Shown: piece by piece, positions 28,224 to 38,225 of the stretch
How positions within the stretch are numbered: the first letter of the stretch is position 1
How the letters are laid out: every line of letters begins with the position of its first letter
Origin: a virus
Lineage: Duplodnaviria; Heunggongvirae; Uroviricota; Caudoviricetes
Virus record (IMG/VR): IMGVR_UViG_2537561946_000006
Direction: 5' to 3' (one strand)
Length of the DNA: 64,000 nucleotides
The notes under the pieces: model-generated
The model's database searches: none
Told to the model about the DNA's origin: nothing
Seen by the model: the letters and a program-made list of their open reading frames with translations, nothing else
Translations under genes and position numbers: made by a program

Positions 28224-30123
28224 TATGATGGCTGCCGTTTCGGTTGCGCTGCAGCCTCTGGTCAGGGTTGTACCAATGACGGCAGTTGAATGGGCTGATC
28301 AAAATTATTATCTGCCGAAAGAATCTTCATATGGTGAGGGAGAATGGAAAACGCTGCCATTCCAGATCGCCATTATGAACTGTATGGGTAACGACCAGGT
28401 TCGCACGGTTAACCTGATTAAATCTGCCCGTGTTGGCTATACAAAGATGTTGCTGGGGGTGGTCGGGTATTTTATTGAGCATAAATCCCGAAACAGTCTG
28501 CTTTTTCAGCCCACGGATTCTGCCGCTGAAGATTTTATGAAGTCTCACGTGGAGGCGACGATTCGGAACGTGCCATGCCTGAAAGACCTTTCCCCATGGC
28601 TGGGTCGTAAACATCGTGACAATACTCTCACGCTGAAACGCTTTTCATCGGGCGTCGGTTTCTGGTGCCTGGGCGGTGCAGCCGCCAAAAACTACCGTGA
28701 AAAATCCGTGGACGTGGTCTGCTATGACGAGCTTTCCTCGTTCGAGCCGGATGTCGAAAAAGAGGGCTCGCCAACCCTGCTGGGGGATAAGCGTATTGAG
28801 GGCTCTGTATGGCCAAAATCCATTCGCGGCTCGACGCCTAAAATCAAAGGTACCTGCCAGATCGAAAAAGCGGCCAACGAGTCGGCGCATTTCATGCGTT
28901 TCTATGTGCCCTGCCCGCACTGTGGGGAGGCGCAGTATCTGAAATTTGGCGATGAATCCACGCCTTTTGGCCTTAAATGGGAGAAGGACAGCCCCGAAAG
29001 CGTTTTCTACCTCTGTGAACATCATGGCTGCGTGATCCATCAGTCTGAGCTTGACCAGAGTAACGGGCGCTGGATCTGTGAAAACACGGGTATGTGGACC
29101 CGTGACGGCCTGATGTTTTTCAGCGCCCGGGGGGATGAAATTCCGCCGCCGCGCTCCATCACGTTCCATATCTGGACGGCGTACAGTCCGTTCACCACCT
29201 GGATACAGATAGTCTATGACTGGCTGGATGCACTGAAAGATCCCAACGGCCTGAAAACCTTTGTGAACACCACGCTGGGCGAGACCTGGGAAGAGGCCGT
29301 GGGCGAAAAACTCGATCACCAGGTACTGATGGATAAGGTGGTGCGTTACACGGCGGCGGTGCCTGCCCGGGTGGTTTATCTGACGGCGGGCATTGACTCG
29401 CAGCGAAACCGTTTTGAGATGTATGTCTGGGGATGGGCACCGGGAGAGGAAGCCTTTCTGGTGGATAAAATCATCATTATGGGCCGTCCCGATGAGGAAG
29501 AGACGCTGTTACGTGTGGATGCGGCGATCAACAAAAAATACTGCCATGCAGACGGAACCGAAATGACCATTTCCCGTGTCTGCTGGGACACCGGGGGGAT
29601 CGATGGTGAAATTGTCTATCAGAGGTCAAAAAAACACGGTGTTTTCCGGGTGCTGCCGGTAAAAGGCGCATCTGTCTATGGCAAGCCGGTGATCACCATG
29701 CCGAAAACCCGCAATCAGCGGGGCGTGTATCTGTGTGAAGTGGGGACGGACACCGCAAAAGAAATTCTCTATGCCCGTATGAAAGCCGATCCCACTCCTG
29801 CGGATGAAGCCACGTCGTATGCCATCCGTTTTCCTGATGATCCGGAGATTTTTTCGCAGACAGAGGCGCAGCAACTGGTCGCGGAAGAGCTTGTGGAGAA
29901 GTGGGAAAAAGGAAAGATGCGTCTGCTGTGGGATAACAAAAAGCGGCGTAACGAAGCGCTGGACTGCCTGGTGTATGCCTACGCGGCATTACGTGTGTCC
30001 GTGCAACGCTGGCAGCTTGATCTGGCTGTACTGGCAAAATCCCGGGAAGAAGAGACGACCCGGCCAACCCTGAAAGAACTGGCAGCGAAGCTGTCCGGAG
30101 GAGTGAATGGTTACAGTCGCTGA
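28195..30123 (+). CDS. A: terminase large subunit
   Basis: MNISELQ...TAVEWADQNYYLPKES... collinear with lambda gpA. Confidence 0.95.
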   Translation: MNISELQLNNMMAAVSVALQPLVRVVPMTAVEWADQNYYLPKESSYGEGEWKTLPFQIAIMNCMGNDQVRTVNLIKSARVGYTKMLLGVVGYFIEHKSRNSLLFQPTDSAAEDFMKSHVEATIRNVPCLKDLSPWLGRKHRDNTLTLKRFSSGVGFWCLGGAAAKNYREKSVDVVCYDELSSFEPDVEKEGSPTLLGDKRIEGSVWPKSIRGSTPKIKGTCQIEKAANESAHFMRFYVPCPHCGEAQYLKFGDESTPFGLKWEKDSPESVFYLCEHHGCVIHQSELDQSNGRWICENTGMWTRDGLMFFSARGDEIPPPRSITFHIWTAYSPFTTWIQIVYDWLDALKDPNGLKTFVNTTLGETWEEAVGEKLDHQVLMDKVVRYTAAVPARVVYLTAGIDSQRNRFEMYVWGWAPGEEAFLVDKIIIMGRPDEEETLLRVDAAINKKYCHADGTEMTISRVCWDTGGIDGEIVYQRSKKHGVFRVLPVKGASVYGKPVITMPKTRNQRGVYLCEVGTDTAKEILYARMKADPTPADEATSYAIRFPDDPEIFSQTEAQQLVAEELVEKWEKGKMRLLWDNKKRRNEALDCLVYAYAALRVSVQRWQLDLAVLAKSREEETTRPTLKELAAKLSGGVNGYSR

Positions 30124-30313
30124 ACTACAGGCGCTACGTCAGGCGCGCCTTGATTTATTAACCGGTAAACGGGTGGTGTCTGTCCAGAAAGATGGTCGCA
30201 GAATTGAATATACGGCGGCTTCTCTGGATGAGCTTAACCGGGCGATCAATGATGCGGAGTCGGTACTGGGGACAACCCGACGTCGCCGTCGTCCGCTGGG
30301 AGTGAGGTTATGA
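30107..30313 (+). CDS. W: head-tail joining protein
   Basis: 68 aa, ...LLTGKRVVSVQKDGRRIEYTA matches lambda gpW. Confidence 0.9.
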   Translation: MVTVAELQALRQARLDLLTGKRVVSVQKDGRRIEYTAASLDELNRAINDAESVLGTTRRRRRPLGVRL

Positions 30314-31902
30314 AACGAACGCCTGTCCTGATTGATGTGAACGGCGTTCCGCTTCGTGAGAGTCTCAGCTACAACGGGGGCGGCGCAGGATTTGGCGGGC
30401 AAATGGCGGAGTGGTTGCCACCGGCGCAGAGTGCCGATGCAGCCCTGCTGCCTGCGTTGCGTCTGGGGAATGCCCGGGCAGATGATCTGGTGCGCAATAA
30501 CGGGATAGCGGCCAATGCGGTGGCCCTGCATAAGGATCATATTGTCGGGCATATGTTTCTGATCAGCTACCGTCCGAACTGGCGCTGGCTGGGGATGCGG
30601 GAGACTGCGGCAAAAAGTTTTGTCGATGAGGTGGAGGCGGCCTGGTCGGAATACGCCGAAGGGATGTCTGGCGAGATCGACGTGGAAGAGAAACGCACGT
30701 TTACGGAATTTATTCGTGAAGGTGTGGGCGTTCATGCGTTTAACGGCGAAATCTTTGTGCAGCCGGTCTGGGATACGGAGAGCACGCAACTGTTTCGTAC
30801 GCGTTTTAAAGCCGTGAGTCCGAAACGGGTGGACACGCCAGGACACGGTATGGGGAACCGTTTTCTGCGGGCCGGTGTGGAGGTCGATCGATATGGTCGT
30901 GCCGTTGCGTACCATATCTGTGAGGATGATTTTCCGTTCTCCGGGAGTGGACGATGGGAACGGATCCCGCGTGAACTTCCCACCGGGCGTCCGGCCATGC
31001 TGCATATTTTCGAGCCGGTGGAGGACGGGCAGACCCGTGGGGCCAATCAGTTTTACAGCGTAATGGAACGGCTGAAGATGCTCGATTCCCTGCAGGCAAC
31101 ACAGCTTCAGTCGGCCATAGTGAAGGCGATGTATGCAGCGACGATTGAAAGTGACCTTGATACCGAAAAGGCCTTTGAATATATCGCCGGTGCGCCGCAG
31201 GGGCAGAAGGATAATCCGCTTATTAATATTCTGGATAAGTTCTCCACCTGGTATGACACGAATAGCGTGACGCTGGGCGGTGTCAAAATTCCGCACCTTT
31301 TCCCCGGTGATGATCTGAAACTTCAGACCGCGCAGGATTCAGACAATGGATTTTCGGCGCTTGAACAGGCGCTGCTGCGGTATATCGCCGCCGGTCTTGG
31401 CGTTTCCTACGAACAGTTGTCCCGTGATTACTCGAAGGTCAGTTATTCAAGTGCCCGCGCATCCGCCAATGAGTCGTGGCGCTATTTTATGGGGCGGCGA
31501 AAATTTATTGCGTCCCGGCTGGCCACGCAGATGTTTTCCTGCTGGCTGGAAGAGGCACTTCTTCGGGGGATTATTCGTCCGCCACGGGCACGTTTTGATT
31601 TTTATCAGGCGCGATCAGCCTGGTCACGGGCTGAGTGGATTGGAGCCGGAAGAATGGCCATTGACGGGCTCAAGGAGGTTCAGGAATCAGTGATGCGCAT
31701 TGAGGCCGGACTGAGCACGTATGAGAAAGAGCTGGCGCTGATGGGCGAGGATTATCAGGACATTTTCCGCCAGCAGGTCAGGGAATCTGCAGAGCGGGAA
31801 AAAGCCGGACTCTCACGTCCGGTGTGGATAGCGCAGGCGTATCAGCAGCAGATAGCGGAGAGTCGCAGGCCGGAAGAGGAGACAACACCACGTGAGACGT
31901 AA
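30310..31902 (+). CDS. B: portal protein
   Basis: 530 aa, lambda gpB homologue. Confidence 0.95.
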   Translation: MKRTPVLIDVNGVPLRESLSYNGGGAGFGGQMAEWLPPAQSADAALLPALRLGNARADDLVRNNGIAANAVALHKDHIVGHMFLISYRPNWRWLGMRETAAKSFVDEVEAAWSEYAEGMSGEIDVEEKRTFTEFIREGVGVHAFNGEIFVQPVWDTESTQLFRTRFKAVSPKRVDTPGHGMGNRFLRAGVEVDRYGRAVAYHICEDDFPFSGSGRWERIPRELPTGRPAMLHIFEPVEDGQTRGANQFYSVMERLKMLDSLQATQLQSAIVKAMYAATIESDLDTEKAFEYIAGAPQGQKDNPLINILDKFSTWYDTNSVTLGGVKIPHLFPGDDLKLQTAQDSDNGFSALEQALLRYIAAGLGVSYEQLSRDYSKVSYSSARASANESWRYFMGRRKFIASRLATQMFSCWLEEALLRGIIRPPRARFDFYQARSAWSRAEWIGAGRMAIDGLKEVQESVMRIEAGLSTYEKELALMGEDYQDIFRQQVRESAEREKAGLSRPVWIAQAYQQQIAESRRPEEETTPRET

Positions 31903-33397
31903 TCTTTCACACATTATTGCCGCAGCATTCAATGAACCGCTGCTTCTGGAGCCCGCCTATGCGCGGGTTTTCTTTTGCGCGCTCGGGCGCGAGATGGGGG
32001 CAGCAAGTCTTTCGGTACCACAACAGCAGGTACAGCTTGATGCTCCCGGAATGCTGGCTGAAACGGACGAGTACATGGCCGGAGGTAAACGACCGGCCCG
32101 TGTTTACCGGGTGGTGAACGGTATTGCGGTACTGCCGGTGACCGGCACGCTGGTGCACCGGCTGGGGGGGATGCGGCCATTTTCCGGAATGACTGGCTAT
32201 GACGGCATTGTCGCCTGTCTTCAGCAGGCAATGGCAGATAGCCAGGTGCGGGGCATACTGCTGGACATTGACAGTCCGGGCGGGCAGGCCGCCGGCGCGT
32301 TTGACTGCGCTGACATGATTTACCGCCTCCGTCAGCAGAAGCCGGTCTGGGCACTGTGCAATGACACGGCCTGTTCTGCAGCCATGCTGCTGGCGTCGGC
32401 CTGCTCCCGACGGCTGGTTACCCAGACATCCCGTATCGGCTCCATTGGCGTGATGATGAGCCATGTCAGCTATGCCGGTCATCTGGCGCAGGCCGGTGTG
32501 GATATCACGCTGATTTACTCAGGGGCGCACAAGGTGGATGGCAATCAGTTTGAAGCCTTACCGGCAGAGGTTCGCCAGGACATGCAGCAGCGCATTGATG
32601 CGGCGCGCCGGATGTTTGCCGAAAAAGTGGCGATGTTTACCGGTCTGTCTGTTGATGCCGTCACGGGAACAGAGGCCGCCGTTTTTGAAGGTCAGTCCGG
32701 CATTGAGGCCGGGCTGGCGGATGAATTAGTCAATGCGTCGGATGCCATCAGTGTGATGGCCACGGCGCTGAACAGTAATGTCAGAGGAGGCACTATGCCG
32801 CAATTAACTGCAACGGAAGCCGCCGCGCAGGAGAACCAGCGAGTGATGGGGATCCTGACATGCCAGGAAGCGAAAGGACGTGAACAGCTTGCCACGATGC
32901 TGGCAGGACAACAGGGCATGAGCGTTGCACAGGCCCGGGCGATTCTGGCCGCGGCGGCACCGCAGCAGCCGGTGGCATCCACGCAGAGTGAAGCCGATCG
33001 CATTATGGCGTGTGAAGAAGCGAACGGTCGTGAACAACTGGCGGCAACGCTGGCGGCGATGCCGGAGATGACGGTGGAAAAAGCCCGCCCGATCCTGGCT
33101 GCTTCACCGCAGGCGGATGCCGGACCCTCACTCCGTGATCAGATCATGGCACTGGATGAGGCAAAAGGGGCTGAGGCGCAGGCTGAACAACTGGCTGCCT
33201 GCCCGGGAATGACTGTGGAGAGCGCCCGGGCTGTGCTGGCTGCGGGATCAGGTAAGGCAGAACCGGTCTCTGCATCCACAACCGCCCTGTTTGAACGCAT
33301 CATGGCGAACCATTCACCGGCAGCGGTACAGGGTGGCGTGCCACAGACGTCAGCAGACGGTGATGCGGACGTGAAAATGCTCATGGCCATGCCATGA
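31892..33397 (+). CDS. C: head maturation protease / scaffold (S49 peptidase, C-Nu3 type)
   Basis: 501 aa; C-terminal tandem ~25-aa repeats (ILTCQEAKGREQLA..., IMACEEANGREQLA..., IMALDEAKGAEAQA...). Confidence 0.9.
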   Translation: MRRNLSHIIAAAFNEPLLLEPAYARVFFCALGREMGAASLSVPQQQVQLDAPGMLAETDEYMAGGKRPARVYRVVNGIAVLPVTGTLVHRLGGMRPFSGMTGYDGIVACLQQAMADSQVRGILLDIDSPGGQAAGAFDCADMIYRLRQQKPVWALCNDTACSAAMLLASACSRRLVTQTSRIGSIGVMMSHVSYAGHLAQAGVDITLIYSGAHKVDGNQFEALPAEVRQDMQQRIDAARRMFAEKVAMFTGLSVDAVTGTEAAVFEGQSGIEAGLADELVNASDAISVMATALNSNVRGGTMPQLTATEAAAQENQRVMGILTCQEAKGREQLATMLAGQQGMSVAQARAILAAAAPQQPVASTQSEADRIMACEEANGREQLAATLAAMPEMTVEKARPILAASPQADAGPSLRDQIMALDEAKGAEAQAEQLAACPGMTVESARAVLAAGSGKAEPVSASTTALFERIMANHSPAAVQGGVPQTSADGDADVKMLMAMP

Positions 33398-33433
33398 AGT
33401 CAGTGCTGATCATCAACAGGAGGTTTTTACAAT

Positions 33434-33781
33434 ATGGTAACGAAAACCATCACTGAACAGCGTGCGGAAGTACGTATTTTTGCCGGTAATGATCCGGCTC
33501 ATACCGCCACAGGCAGCAGCGGGATTTCCTCGGCAACACCGGCACTGACGCCCCTGATGCTGGATGAAGCCAGCGGGAAACTGGTGGTCTGGGACGGACA
33601 GAAAGCCGGTAGTGCAGTTGGCATACTGGTACTGCCGCTTGAAGGCACAGAGACGGTACTGACCTATTACAAGTCGGGGACCTTTGCGACGGAGGCAATC
33701 CGCTGGCCTGAAAGTGTGGATGAACACAAAAAGGCAAATGCCTTTGCCGGCAGTGCCCTGAGTCACGCGGCGCTGCCGTAA
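33434..33781 (+). CDS. D: head decoration protein
   Basis: ...NDPAHTATGSSG...TPLMLDEASGKLVVWDG... matches lambda gpD. Confidence 0.9.
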   Translation: MVTKTITEQRAEVRIFAGNDPAHTATGSSGISSATPALTPLMLDEASGKLVVWDGQKAGSAVGILVLPLEGTETVLTYYKSGTFATEAIRWPESVDEHKKANAFAGSALSHAALP

Positions 33782-33838
33782 CACGTTATCAGGCCACCGC
33801 GGTGGCCTGACTGATTTCTGAATGAAAGGAACTGATTT

Positions 33839-34867
33839 ATGGGATTGTTTACGACCCGCCAGTTACTCGGTTATACCGAACAAAAAGTGAAATTTCGTGC
33901 GCTGTTTCTGGAGCTGTTTTTCCGCCGTACGGTGAATTTCCATACCGAAGAGGTGATGCTGGACAAAATTACCGGAAAAACGCCGGTGGCGGCCTATGTC
34001 TCCCCGGTTGTTGAAGGAAAAGTGCTGCGTCATCGTGGTGGTGAAACCCGCGTGTTACGTCCGGGCTACGTCAAGCCGAAACACGAATTTAATTACCAGC
34101 AGGCGGTTGAGCGCCTTCCTGGTGAAGATCCGGCTCAACTGAACGATCCGGCTTACCGCCGTCTGCGTATCATTACCGATAACCTCAAACAGGAAGAGCA
34201 CGCGATTGTCCAGGTGGAAGAAATACAGGCGGTAAATGCTGTGTTGTATGGCAAATATACGATGGAAGGAGACCAGTTCGAGAAAATTGAGGTCGATTTT
34301 GGCAGGTCGACGAAGAATAACATCACTCAGGGTAGTGGTAAGGAGTGGTCAAAACAGGATCGTGACACGTTCGATCCTACACATGATCTTGACCTCTACT
34401 GCGACCAGGCCAGCGGTCTTGTGAATATTGCCATTATGGACGGTACCGTCTGGCGTCTTCTGAATGGTTTTAAGCTGTTCCGCGAAAAACTGGATACCCG
34501 TCGCGGTTCAAATTCTCAACTCGAAACGGCAGTGAAAGATCTGGGCGCAGTGGTGTCCTTCAAGGGGTATTACGGCGATCTGGCCATTGTTGTGGCGAAA
34601 ACGTCTTATATAGCAGAAGACGGTATCGAAAAACGTTATCTGCCGGAGGGCATGCTGGTTCTGGGGAATACTGCTGCAGATGGGATCCGTTGTTACGGTG
34701 CCATTCAGGATGCGCAGGCGTTGTCCGAAGGTGTGGTGGCCTCTTCCCGTTATCCGAAACACTGGCTGACGGTGGGGGATCCCGCCCGTGAATTTACCAT
34801 GACGCAGTCCGCGCCGCTGATGGTGTTGCCGGACCCGGATGAGTTTGTGGTGGTACAGGTGAAATAA
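33839..34867 (+). CDS. E: major capsid protein
   Basis: 342 aa, collinear with lambda gpE. Confidence 0.95.
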   Translation: MGLFTTRQLLGYTEQKVKFRALFLELFFRRTVNFHTEEVMLDKITGKTPVAAYVSPVVEGKVLRHRGGETRVLRPGYVKPKHEFNYQQAVERLPGEDPAQLNDPAYRRLRIITDNLKQEEHAIVQVEEIQAVNAVLYGKYTMEGDQFEKIEVDFGRSTKNNITQGSGKEWSKQDRDTFDPTHDLDLYCDQASGLVNIAIMDGTVWRLLNGFKLFREKLDTRRGSNSQLETAVKDLGAVVSFKGYYGDLAIVVAKTSYIAEDGIEKRYLPEGMLVLGNTAADGIRCYGAIQDAQALSEGVVASSRYPKHWLTVGDPAREFTMTQSAPLMVLPDPDEFVVVQVK

Positions 34868-34875
34868 TCCGTGAG

Positions 34876-34904
34876 CGGGGGCGAAATGCCCCCGTGTCTT
34901 TTTT
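34876..34904 (+). terminator. stem-loop plus T-tract after major capsid gene
   Basis: CGGGGGC-GAAAT-GCCCCCG then TGTCTTTTTT. Confidence 0.45.
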
Positions 34905-34918
34905 CACAGGGGGCTGAT

Positions 34919-35293
34919 ATGGCAACGAAAGAGCAAAATCTGAAACGGCTTGATGAACTGGCCCTGATTCTGGGGCGTGAGCCGGATATATCCGGGAGTG
35001 CCGCAGAGATAGCGCAGCGGGTGGCGGAATGGGAAGAGGAAATACAGTCATCCGGCGAGGATGTTCAGGTTGGGGATACGGTGATCCGGGAGCGGGAAAC
35101 CGCGGCTCATGATGTTCGTGAGGATACATCCGGTGCGTTAACGCGCATCAGAGTTCTGACCTGCCTCCATCTCTGTGGCATTGATGGTGAAACAGGGGAA
35201 TCCGTTGAGATTGCGGATGTTGGTCGGGTGATTCTGATTATGTCCTCAGATGCAAAAACACACGTTGATGGCGGAATGGCTGTTTATGCGTGA
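34919..35293 (+). CDS. FI: DNA packaging protein FI
   Basis: position and size between E and FII; ATG at 34919. Confidence 0.7.
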   Translation: MATKEQNLKRLDELALILGREPDISGSAAEIAQRVAEWEEEIQSSGEDVQVGDTVIRERETAAHDVREDTSGALTRIRVLTCLHLCGIDGETGESVEIADVGRVILIMSSDAKTHVDGGMAVYA

Positions 35294-35639
35294 TTTTCAG
35301 AATGCCTTTGATGCTGCCCTTGCCGGGGTGGACAGTACGATTGTTGAAGTGATGGGGCTCTGTGCACAGTTCACCTCGGGGGCACAGTGTGGCGGAGAAG
35401 TTCAGGGGGTTTTTGACGATCCGGAGTCGCTGGGATTTGCCGGTAGCGGGGTCCGTATTGAAGGAAGCAGCCCGTCATTATTTGTGCGGACGGATACGGT
35501 TCGTGCTGTGCGGCGTGGTGACACGCTGACCATTAATGGTGAGACGTTCTGGGTGGATCGTGTTTCTCCGGATGACGGGGGCAGCTGTTATCTCTGGCTC
35601 AACCGTGGGCAACCACCCGCCGTTAACCGGCGACGATAA
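35286..35639 (+). CDS. FII: head-tail connector FII
   Basis: ...GVFDDPESLGFAGSGVRIEGSSPSLFVRTD...VDRVSPDDGGSCYLWL matches lambda FII. Confidence 0.8.
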   Translation: MRDFQNAFDAALAGVDSTIVEVMGLCAQFTSGAQCGGEVQGVFDDPESLGFAGSGVRIEGSSPSLFVRTDTVRAVRRGDTLTINGETFWVDRVSPDDGGSCYLWLNRGQPPAVNRRR

Positions 35640-35654
35640 ACGCAGGGTGAAATT

Positions 35655-36188
35655 ATGGCGATAAAAGGGCTTGAGCAGGCGATTGATAATCTGAGCCGGG
35701 TTCGTAAAAACGCCATTCCGGCGGCTTCTGCAATGACCATTAACCGCGTGGCCACAACGGCGATTAATCAGTCTTCATCACAGGTTGCCCGGGAAACCAG
35801 GGTGAGACGGAAACTGGTTAAGGAACGGTCCAGACTGAAACGGGCCACGGTCAGAAATCCGAATGCCAGAATTATCGTTAACCGCGGTGATCTCCCGGTG
35901 ATTAAGCTGGGGATCAGGATGCCGGGGCGTCGTCCGGACAGCATACTCAAAGCCGGTCAGCATCGTTATCAGCGGGCATTTATTCAGCGATTAAAAAATG
36001 GTCGCTGGCATGTCATGCAGCGTGTGGTCGGGAAAAACCGTTACCCCATTGATGTGGTGAAAATCCCGATGGCGGCCCCACTGAAACAGGCGTTTGATGA
36101 GAATGTTGACCGTATCCGGCGTGAACGTCTGCCCGGAGAACTGGCATACGCGCTGAAACAACAACTGAGGATTGCGATAAAACGATGA
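35655..36188 (+). CDS. Z: minor tail protein Z
   Basis: MAIKGLEQAIDNLSR... matches lambda gpZ. Confidence 0.9.
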   Translation: MAIKGLEQAIDNLSRVRKNAIPAASAMTINRVATTAINQSSSQVARETRVRRKLVKERSRLKRATVRNPNARIIVNRGDLPVIKLGIRMPGRRPDSILKAGQHRYQRAFIQRLKNGRWHVMQRVVGKNRYPIDVVKIPMAAPLKQAFDENVDRIRRERLPGELAYALKQQLRIAIKR

Positions 36189-36580
36189 AACATACTGATA
36201 TCCGTGCGGCAGTGCTGGATGCACTGGAGCTGCATGAACACGGGGCGACGCTGTTTGATGGTCGCCCCGTTGTTTTTGACGAAGAGGATTTTCCCGCGGT
36301 CGCGGTTTATCTGACGGATGCAGAGTATACCGGTGAAGAGCTGGATGCAGATACCTGGCGGGCCACACTGCATATTGAGGTGTTTTTACCAGCACAGGTA
36401 CCGGATTCGGAGCTGGATTCGTGGATGGAAAGCCGGATTTATCCGGCGATGACTGCGATCCCGGCACTGGCAGACCTGATTACCACGATGGTTACGCAGG
36501 GCTATGAGTATCGTCGTGATGACGATATGGCGTTATGGAGTTCTGCGGATCTGACTTATTCCATTACATACGAGATGTGA
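36185..36580 (+). CDS. U: tail terminator protein U
   Basis: 131 aa lambda gpU homologue. Confidence 0.9.
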   Translation: MKHTDIRAAVLDALELHEHGATLFDGRPVVFDEEDFPAVAVYLTDAEYTGEELDADTWRATLHIEVFLPAQVPDSELDSWMESRIYPAMTAIPALADLITTMVTQGYEYRRDDDMALWSSADLTYSITYEM

Positions 36581-36587
36581 GGACGAT

Positions 36588-37340
36588 ATGTCAACACCAA
36601 ATCCCCTTGAGCCGGTAAAAGGTGCCGGTACCACCCTGTGGGTTTATAACGGTCAGGGTGACGCCTATGCAAACCCGTTGTCAGACGATGACTGGCAGCG
36701 ACTGGCTAAGGTGAAGGATCTGACGCCGGGCGAGATGACGGCAGAACCCTACGATGATAACTACCTGGATGATGAAGACGCGGACTGGACCGCGACCGGG
36801 CAGGGGCAGAAGTCTGCAGGAGATACCAGTTTTACGCTGGCCTGGAAACCGGGAGAAGAAGGTCAGAAAGGGCTTATAGGCTGGTTTGAAAGCGGGGATG
36901 TGCGGGCCTATAAAATCCGTTTTCCGAACGGCACGGTGGATGTGTTTCGTGGCTGGGTCAGCAGTATCGGTAAGGCCGTGACGGCGAAAGAAGTGATCAC
37001 CCGCACGGTGAAAGTGACCAACGTGGGCAAACCTTCTGTAGCGGAAGAACGCAGCAAAATTACGCCGGTCACTGCGATTAAGGTGACGCCGACATCCGGT
37101 ACGGTGGCAAAAGGGAAAACAACCACCCTGACGGTTTCTTTTGAGCCGGAAAGTGCAACCGACAAGACGTTCAGAGCGGTTTCCGCCGATCCGTCGAAAG
37201 CCACCATTAGTGTGAAAGATATGACAATTACGGTAAACGGCGTGGCGACAGGTAAGGTGCAGATCCCTGTGGTGAGCGGAAATGGTCAGTTCGCCGCAGT
37301 GGCTGAAGTCACCGTTACTGAAGCGGGCGCTGCAGGGTAA
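36588..37340 (+). CDS. V: major tail tube protein V with C-terminal Ig-like domain
   Basis: 250 aa, lambda gpV-like. Confidence 0.9.
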   Translation: MSTPNPLEPVKGAGTTLWVYNGQGDAYANPLSDDDWQRLAKVKDLTPGEMTAEPYDDNYLDDEDADWTATGQGQKSAGDTSFTLAWKPGEEGQKGLIGWFESGDVRAYKIRFPNGTVDVFRGWVSSIGKAVTAKEVITRTVKVTNVGKPSVAEERSKITPVTAIKVTPTSGTVAKGKTTTLTVSFEPESATDKTFRAVSADPSKATISVKDMTITVNGVATGKVQIPVVSGNGQFAAVAEVTVTEAGAAG

Positions 37341-37353
37341 ACGGAGGTAATAC

Positions 37354-37785
37354 ATGTTTCTGAAAACAGAACAATTTGAATATAACGGTGTGTCCGTCAC
37401 GCTTTCCGAATTGTCTGCGCTGCAGCGTATTGAGCATCTTGCCCTCCTGAAACGGCGTGCAGAACAGGCAGAATCCAGCGGCAACCTGCAGGTAAGCGTG
37501 GAAGATCTCGTCAGAACCGGCGCGTTTCTGGTGGCGATGTCCCTGTGGCATAACCATCCGCAGAAAACGGCATCACCGTCAATGAATGAGGCTGTGATGC
37601 AGATCGAACAGGAGGTGCTCACCACCTGGCCTGCGGATGCCATTGCCCGGGCGGAAGATGTGGTGTTGCGTCTGTCCGGGATGAGCGGGGCTGTTCATGC
37701 GGATACTGACAGCACCGAAGTGGCGAAAAATAACGCGCTGACTGATGATGATTTTTCTGCGGGAAAGTCTTCGACGGCGAGCTGA
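37354..37785 (+). CDS. G: tail assembly chaperone G
   Basis: 143 aa; slippery GGGAAAG near 3' end. Confidence 0.85.
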   Translation: MFLKTEQFEYNGVSVTLSELSALQRIEHLALLKRRAEQAESSGNLQVSVEDLVRTGAFLVAMSLWHNHPQKTASPSMNEAVMQIEQEVLTTWPADAIARAEDVVLRLSGMSGAVHADTDSTEVAKNNALTDDDFSAGKSSTAS

Positions 37786-38225
37786 ATTTTGCCCTCAGAC
37801 TGGCGCGTGAGATGGGGAGGCCTGACTGGCGCGCCATGCTTGCCGGGATGACATCCACCGAATATGCCGACTGGCGACATTTTTACCGTACGCATTATTT
37901 TCTCGATACCCAACTGGATATGCATTTTTCCGGGCTGACGTACGCCGTACTCAGCCTGTTTTTTTGCGATCCGGATATGCATCCCTCTGATTTCAGTCTG
38001 CTTGCCCCCCGGCGTGAGGAAGCGCAGACGGAGATGCCGGATGAGGAAAAAATGCTGATGCAGAAAGCGGCAGGACTTGCCGGAGGCGTCCGGTTTGGTG
38101 GGGACGGAGGGCGTGAGATTTTATCGTCTGCGGATGTGGCGGATGTCAGCGAGGATGATGTCGCATTAATGATGGCTTCAGCGGGGATTTCCGGAGGTGT
38201 GAGATATGTCCCAGCCGGTTGGTGA
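37761..38225 (+). CDS. T: T portion of G-T tail assembly chaperone (programmed -1 frameshift at 37761-37767)
   Basis: heptamer G GGA AAG at 37761-37767; -1 frame continues to 38225. Confidence 0.7.
   Translation, partial: GKVFDGELNFALRLAREMGRPDWRAMLAGMTSTEYADWRHFYRTHYFLDTQLDMHFSGLTYAVLSLFFCDPDMHPSDFSLLAPRREEAQTEMPDEEKMLMQKAAGLAGGVRFGGDGGREILSSADVADVSEDDVALMMASAGISGGVRYVPAGW

Noticed and set aside
36681-37643. 320-aa minus-strand ORF
   Set aside because: Antisense to tail genes V and G.
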